A stretch of DNA of 9,884 bases from NCBI GenBank assembly GCA_023136205.1, contig JAGLRQ010000134.1, forward strand, positions 1 through 9,884, given 5' to 3'. Each line of letters starts with the position of its first letter. Positions within the stretch are counted from its first letter, which is position 1. The translations under genes were made by a program, and so were the position numbers. Under the pieces are notes generated by a model. The model saw nothing but the letters and a program-made list of their open reading frames with translations, was not told where the DNA came from and ran no database searches. This document shows, piece after piece, positions 6,850 through 9,884 of the stretch. The stretch is from Candidatus Auribacterota bacterium (GTDB taxonomy: Bacteria > Auribacterota > UBA6266).

Positions 6850-7950
6850 ATGTCAGAAGAAAAAAACAACGTCAAAGTACTTTTTTCCATTAAAAAAATA
6901 TGTAACTATCTGTTCATCCTTATTGATTGGGTTATAGAAAAGCGCAAATTTTTCTTTATCCTCATCTCAATTCTATTTTTAATTCTGTCCTATATGTTTG
7001 TACTTCAATATTCCTATTCTAATAGAAGCTTGGGTTTTCTATTTGCAACTTTATTACCTATTATATACCTTTTTTATTTTGCAATCAAAAAAGAAAGAGC
7101 AATATCAAGTGTAGAAGGGGTTCTTATACTTTTTTTAACAATTTTAATAGGGGTTGGACCCACATATCTAAAAGGAGAAACTAAAGCTTGGAACGAGCTA
7201 ATAAAAAGTAAAATTAAACGGATGAGTGAAGGAGGCGCTGGGAAAAAAGGTATTTATGGTATTTTTGACACAGATTCTGCGGCAACACCAGGGATTATGG
7301 TGGGAACAATCACCCCAAAGATAGACAAAGAAGCAGACTCTAAAACTAATATAGAAATAACAGAAAGTGTTATACAGTCAATAGTATTACAGGAAGCAAC
7401 AAACAATCTTATTAGAAACGGCAATTTTCAAATTCCTTTAGCGAATAACTTAAGTCACTGGGGTCATGGATACTACTCGGATAGAATAAGGAAACAATAT
7501 CCGGAAACTAGTATAATTTGGATTAATTTTTTAAACGCAGGCATAAATATTTCAAGAGAAGAAACAGAAATTGGAAATGCTCTTAAAATAGTCCGTAAAT
7601 CTCCAAGGGAAGACCATGTAGTTGGAATAATGGAACAATCCATAAAAGTTGTCCCAGGGGAATACAATCTTTCATTTATGGCAAAGGCAAAAGATTTAGA
7701 AGAACGTGCCTTACAAATTCGCACAACAAATGACTGGAGAAGAACTCAGACAAATGGATATGTAAGAGGATATGATTTTGAAGCAACCGGAACTTTTGGA
7801 TGGCAGTCTTTCTTTGAAAATCTCACAATTGCTGAATCTGGAGAGATAACTTTCACCATAGTATCTACGGGAAAAGGAACTTTATATTTAAGAGATATCT
7901 CTCTTATTAAAATTTCTGACCTAGTTGTAGAAAACGATAGTTCAGAATAA
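6850..7950 (+). CDS. Membrane-anchored protein with a C-terminal CBM_4_9-like / galactose-binding-like beta-sandwich domain
   Basis: GAGGG lies 8-12 nt upstream of the ATG. Three to four hydrophobic helices fall within aa 34-105 (FFFILISILFLILSYMFVL, LGFLFATLLPIIYLFYFAI, VEGVLILFLTILIGVGPTYL). A linker follows, then, from aa 185 (nt 7402), NLIRNGNFQIPL..LSHWG...VVPGEYNLSFMAKA...GWQSFFENLTI...GTLYLRDISLI. That is the N-x-hydrophobic-x-NG-x-F ... W ... G-x-Y-x-hydrophobic-S-F ... hydrophobic-x-hydrophobic-D-D/x-hydrophobic-S-hydrophobic pattern I associate with CBM4/9-type jelly rolls. Confidence 0.65.
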   Translation: MSEEKNNVKVLFSIKKICNYLFILIDWVIEKRKFFFILISILFLILSYMFVLQYSYSNRSLGFLFATLLPIIYLFYFAIKKERAISSVEGVLILFLTILIGVGPTYLKGETKAWNELIKSKIKRMSEGGAGKKGIYGIFDTDSAATPGIMVGTITPKIDKEADSKTNIEITESVIQSIVLQEATNNLIRNGNFQIPLANNLSHWGHGYYSDRIRKQYPETSIIWINFLNAGINISREETEIGNALKIVRKSPREDHVVGIMEQSIKVVPGEYNLSFMAKAKDLEERALQIRTTNDWRRTQTNGYVRGYDFEATGTFGWQSFFENLTIAESGEITFTIVSTGKGTLYLRDISLIKISDLVVENDSSE

Positions 7951-7971
7951 TAAAAATGGTCTCAATATACC

Positions 7972-7995
7972 GAAAAGGGGTCTGGCCCCCTTTTC
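7972..7995. terminator. Short A-tract/T-tract hairpin; weak, possibly bidirectional terminator or attenuator
   Basis: GAAAAGGGG (7972-7980) pairs perfectly with CCCCTTTTC (7987-7995) across a 6-nt loop (TCTGGC). The GC core is only 4 bp and the U-run lies within the 3-prime arm, so some read-through into 8028 is likely. Confidence 0.45.
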
Positions 7996-8027
7996 CTAAA
8001 AGTTAAAATTCGGGAGCTATTTTAATA

Positions 8028-8837
8028 ATGGAAAAGCCCAAGTTAGATATAATTGGTGATTGGTCAGAATATAAACTGCAAATTTTGAAGAAGTATGCAG
8101 AAGCTTACGTTAAAATTGTTAAATCACGCTTTAAGTATATATATATAGATGCGTTTGCGGGTGCTGGGATGCATATATCAAAGACAACGGGAGATATTGT
8201 GTCGGGTAGCCCTCTAAATGCGCTGAATATTGAATTTCCGTTCGATGAATATCATTTTATTGATTTGGATGGAGTTAAAGTAGAACTATTGAAAGATTTA
8301 AGCAAAGATAAGTCTAGTGTGTATATTTATCAAGGTGATTGTAATGAGATTTTACTGGATAAAGTATTTCCAAGAGTAAAATATGAAGATTATCGGAGGG
8401 GTTTGTGCCTGCTAGACCCTTATGGGTTACACTTAAATTGGAGCGTTATAAAAAAAGCTGGTGAGATGAAGTCAGTAGAAATATTTTTAAACTTTCCAAT
8501 TATGGATATAAATATGAATGCGATAAAACGGAATCCTGAGAAAGTTACTTCTGAGCAGGCTATGAGAATGACTAGATATTGGGGAGATGAAAGTTGGAAA
8601 GATGTTGCGTATTCTAGCAATGGAATGCTTTTTGAAGATATGAAGGGGAAAACGGATAATGAGACATTGGCAGAGGCTTTTAGAAAGAGATTGATCAATG
8701 ATGCAGGATTTAAAATTGTCCCTAAGCCAATTGCGCTGAAAAACACAACAGGTGCTACCCTATATTATTTGTATTTTGCATCACAGGCTAATGTCGCAGG
8801 TAAAATTGTTGGAGACATTTTTAAAAGTCACAATTAA
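8028..8837 (+). CDS. tcmP: TcmP-like protein (three-Cys-motif partner protein family) with a Rossmann-fold methyltransferase-like motif order
   Basis: The N-terminus DWSEYKLQILKKYAEAYVKIV...YIYIDAFAGAGMH......SGSPLNAL matches my memory of the TcmP family signature (W..K...L..Y...... hydrophobic-YIDxFAGxG ... GSPhydrophobic-xAL). The family is defined by its pairing with a three-Cys protein, and such a protein follows here. MTase-like motifs appear in order: motif I DAFAGAG (from nt 8148), an acidic strand end HFIDLD, GDCNEIL, and a motif IV-like LLDPYG (D130 at nt 8415). GGGAG lies 12 nt upstream of the ATG. Confidence 0.7.
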   Translation: MEKPKLDIIGDWSEYKLQILKKYAEAYVKIVKSRFKYIYIDAFAGAGMHISKTTGDIVSGSPLNALNIEFPFDEYHFIDLDGVKVELLKDLSKDKSSVYIYQGDCNEILLDKVFPRVKYEDYRRGLCLLDPYGLHLNWSVIKKAGEMKSVEIFLNFPIMDINMNAIKRNPEKVTSEQAMRMTRYWGDESWKDVAYSSNGMLFEDMKGKTDNETLAEAFRKRLINDAGFKIVPKPIALKNTTGATLYYLYFASQANVAGKIVGDIFKSHN

Positions 8838-9671
8838 ATGACAATGAAAACCATAGCAAAAAATAATTTTGATAATAGTAAAACAAATTGTGTTTTTGGT
8901 ACATACGAATGGGCTAATGAAACAGTTAATATTATAGATGGCTGTAAGCATGATTGTAAATATTGCTATAGCAAAGCAATGGCAATTAGATTTAAGAGAA
9001 AAACACCTGCAAATTGGAAAGAAGAAAAAATCAGGAATAATGGTTCGTTAAACTATTCAAAAAAGGTTGATGGAACTATAATGTTTCCGTCTTCTCATGA
9101 TATTCATCCGGAGCATTTGAGTTATCATATAGATTTTATTGAGAGATTATTAGAGCACGGAAACAGGCTTTTAATAGTTACAAAACCTCATTTTGATTCT
9201 ATAAAAACAATTTGTGAGCAATTTATTGATTATAGAGACAAAATCCTATTTCGATTTACTATTGGCTCTATCAATTCAGATATACTGAAATTTTGGGAGC
9301 CAGGAGCTCCTGATTTCAATGAGAGATTAAAGGTTTTAAAATATGCATTCAATAAAAACTTTCAAACCAGTGTTTCTTGTGAGCCAATGCTGGATAATAA
9401 CATAGTGGGTGTTATTGATGCTGTTTATCCTTTTATTACGGATTCAATATGGTTGGGAAAAGCGAATTATCTAATTAAGAGATTAAAATTTAATAAAGCG
9501 GACGATCATTTAACAATGAAAAAAGCATTGCAATTATTAAATTGGCAGTCAGATGATAATATCCAAGATTTATATGATATATATAAAGATGATGCTAAGA
9601 TCAAGTGGAAAGAAAGTATAAAAAGTATTGTGGGAATAAAAATACCTATTCAAAGCGGATTAGACATATAA
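8838..9671 (+). CDS. Small radical SAM enzyme (three-Cys partner; DUF5131/Gp37-Gp68-like N-terminus, SplB/COG1533-like core)
   Basis: The ATG abuts the tcmP stop (TAAATG at 8835-8840), indicating translational coupling. A canonical CX3CX2C motif, GCKHDCKYCY (Cys36/40/43), lies at nt 8943-8966. Downstream elements resemble photolyase-like radical SAM cores: LLIVTKP, FRFTIGSINSDILKFWEPGAPDFNERLKVLKYAF, TSVSCEPML. An alternative start is Met3 (8844). Confidence 0.75.
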   Translation: MTMKTIAKNNFDNSKTNCVFGTYEWANETVNIIDGCKHDCKYCYSKAMAIRFKRKTPANWKEEKIRNNGSLNYSKKVDGTIMFPSSHDIHPEHLSYHIDFIERLLEHGNRLLIVTKPHFDSIKTICEQFIDYRDKILFRFTIGSINSDILKFWEPGAPDFNERLKVLKYAFNKNFQTSVSCEPMLDNNIVGVIDAVYPFITDSIWLGKANYLIKRLKFNKADDHLTMKKALQLLNWQSDDNIQDLYDIYKDDAKIKWKESIKSIVGIKIPIQSGLDI

Positions 9672-9779
9672 AGACCATTTTCAATATATTGCTTTTAAAA
9701 GATTGGATATCTAATGCCAGTCTGAATTAAGTGCGTTAGTCAGTAAAAGTATTTACGATTCTATTTCGGGAAAGATTTT

Positions 9780-9884
9780 TTAAACCGTTTTATCCAAAGA
9801 TTTATCATTCTGCAAATATAGTGTCTGTGAAGGAAACGCAAACTCTATACTTTCTTTTTCAAAAGACTCTTTTATTTGGAAGTT
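9780..9884 (-). CDS. C-terminal fragment of a mechanosensitive (MscS-family) channel-like protein; the rest lies beyond the window end
   Basis: My minus-strand translation from 9884 gives NFQIKESFEKESIEFAFPSQTLYLQNDKSLDKTV, ending at a stop (complement of 9780-9782). The pattern (E/K)xxI(E)hydrophobic-xFPxQThydrophobic-xhydrophobic resembles the conserved MscS C-terminal GIEIPFPQR-hydrophobic-V-x-hydrophobic segment. Only 34 codons are visible. Confidence 0.45.
   Translation of the reverse strand, partial: NFQIKESFEKESIEFAFPSQTLYLQNDKSLDKTV

Noticed and set aside
7473-7724. Minus-strand 83-aa ORF
   Set aside because: It is antisense within the CBM-like domain of the 6850-7950 gene and is a shadow ORF.
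8420-8746. Minus-strand 108-aa ORF
   Set aside because: It is antisense within the TcmP-like gene. Its product is Phe/Ile/Ser-rich with no RBS. It is a shadow ORF.
1-9884. Search for CRISPR arrays, tRNA/tmRNA, rRNA, integrase or transposase genes and terminal inverted repeats
   Set aside because: I saw no regularly spaced repeats, no T-loop or acceptor-stem-like tRNA signature and no recombinase-like ORF on either strand. The island therefore cannot be called a defined mobile element from this window alone.

Overview
The window splits into two parts. Left part (1-5700) looks like ordinary metabolism. It holds a divergently transcribed CPBP/CAAX-type membrane protease, partial and absent from the ORF track (I translated it by hand). 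It also holds a co-directional cluster: an N-acyl-D-amino-acid deacylase (start trimmed to 652), a family-5 lipoprotein substrate-binding protein and two Dpp/Opp-type permeases. That cluster ends in a good intrinsic terminator, and no ABC ATPase genes follow. Right part (about 5700-9780) is visibly more AT-rich and looks accessory. It contains a terminator-flanked structured non-coding segment, a start-less or frameshifted small ORF with a phage-like motif, and a 76-aa protein with a CCC triplet and a perfect Shine-Dalgarno. A long AT-rich divergent control region follows, then a membrane-anchored protein with a CBM/jelly-roll-like C-terminal domain. The most interesting feature is a translationally coupled gene pair. 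The first gene is a TcmP-like protein (three-Cys-motif partner protein) with a methyltransferase-like motif order (DAFAGAG ... LLDPYG). The second is a small CX3CX2C radical SAM enzyme. I know of no assigned function for this pair; I propose it is a nucleic-acid modification or conflict module. The window ends inside a convergent MscS-like channel gene, of which only the C-terminus is present. I saw no CRISPR array, rRNA, tRNA, integrase or transposase. All family assignments come from motif recognition by eye and need HMM or structure confirmation.
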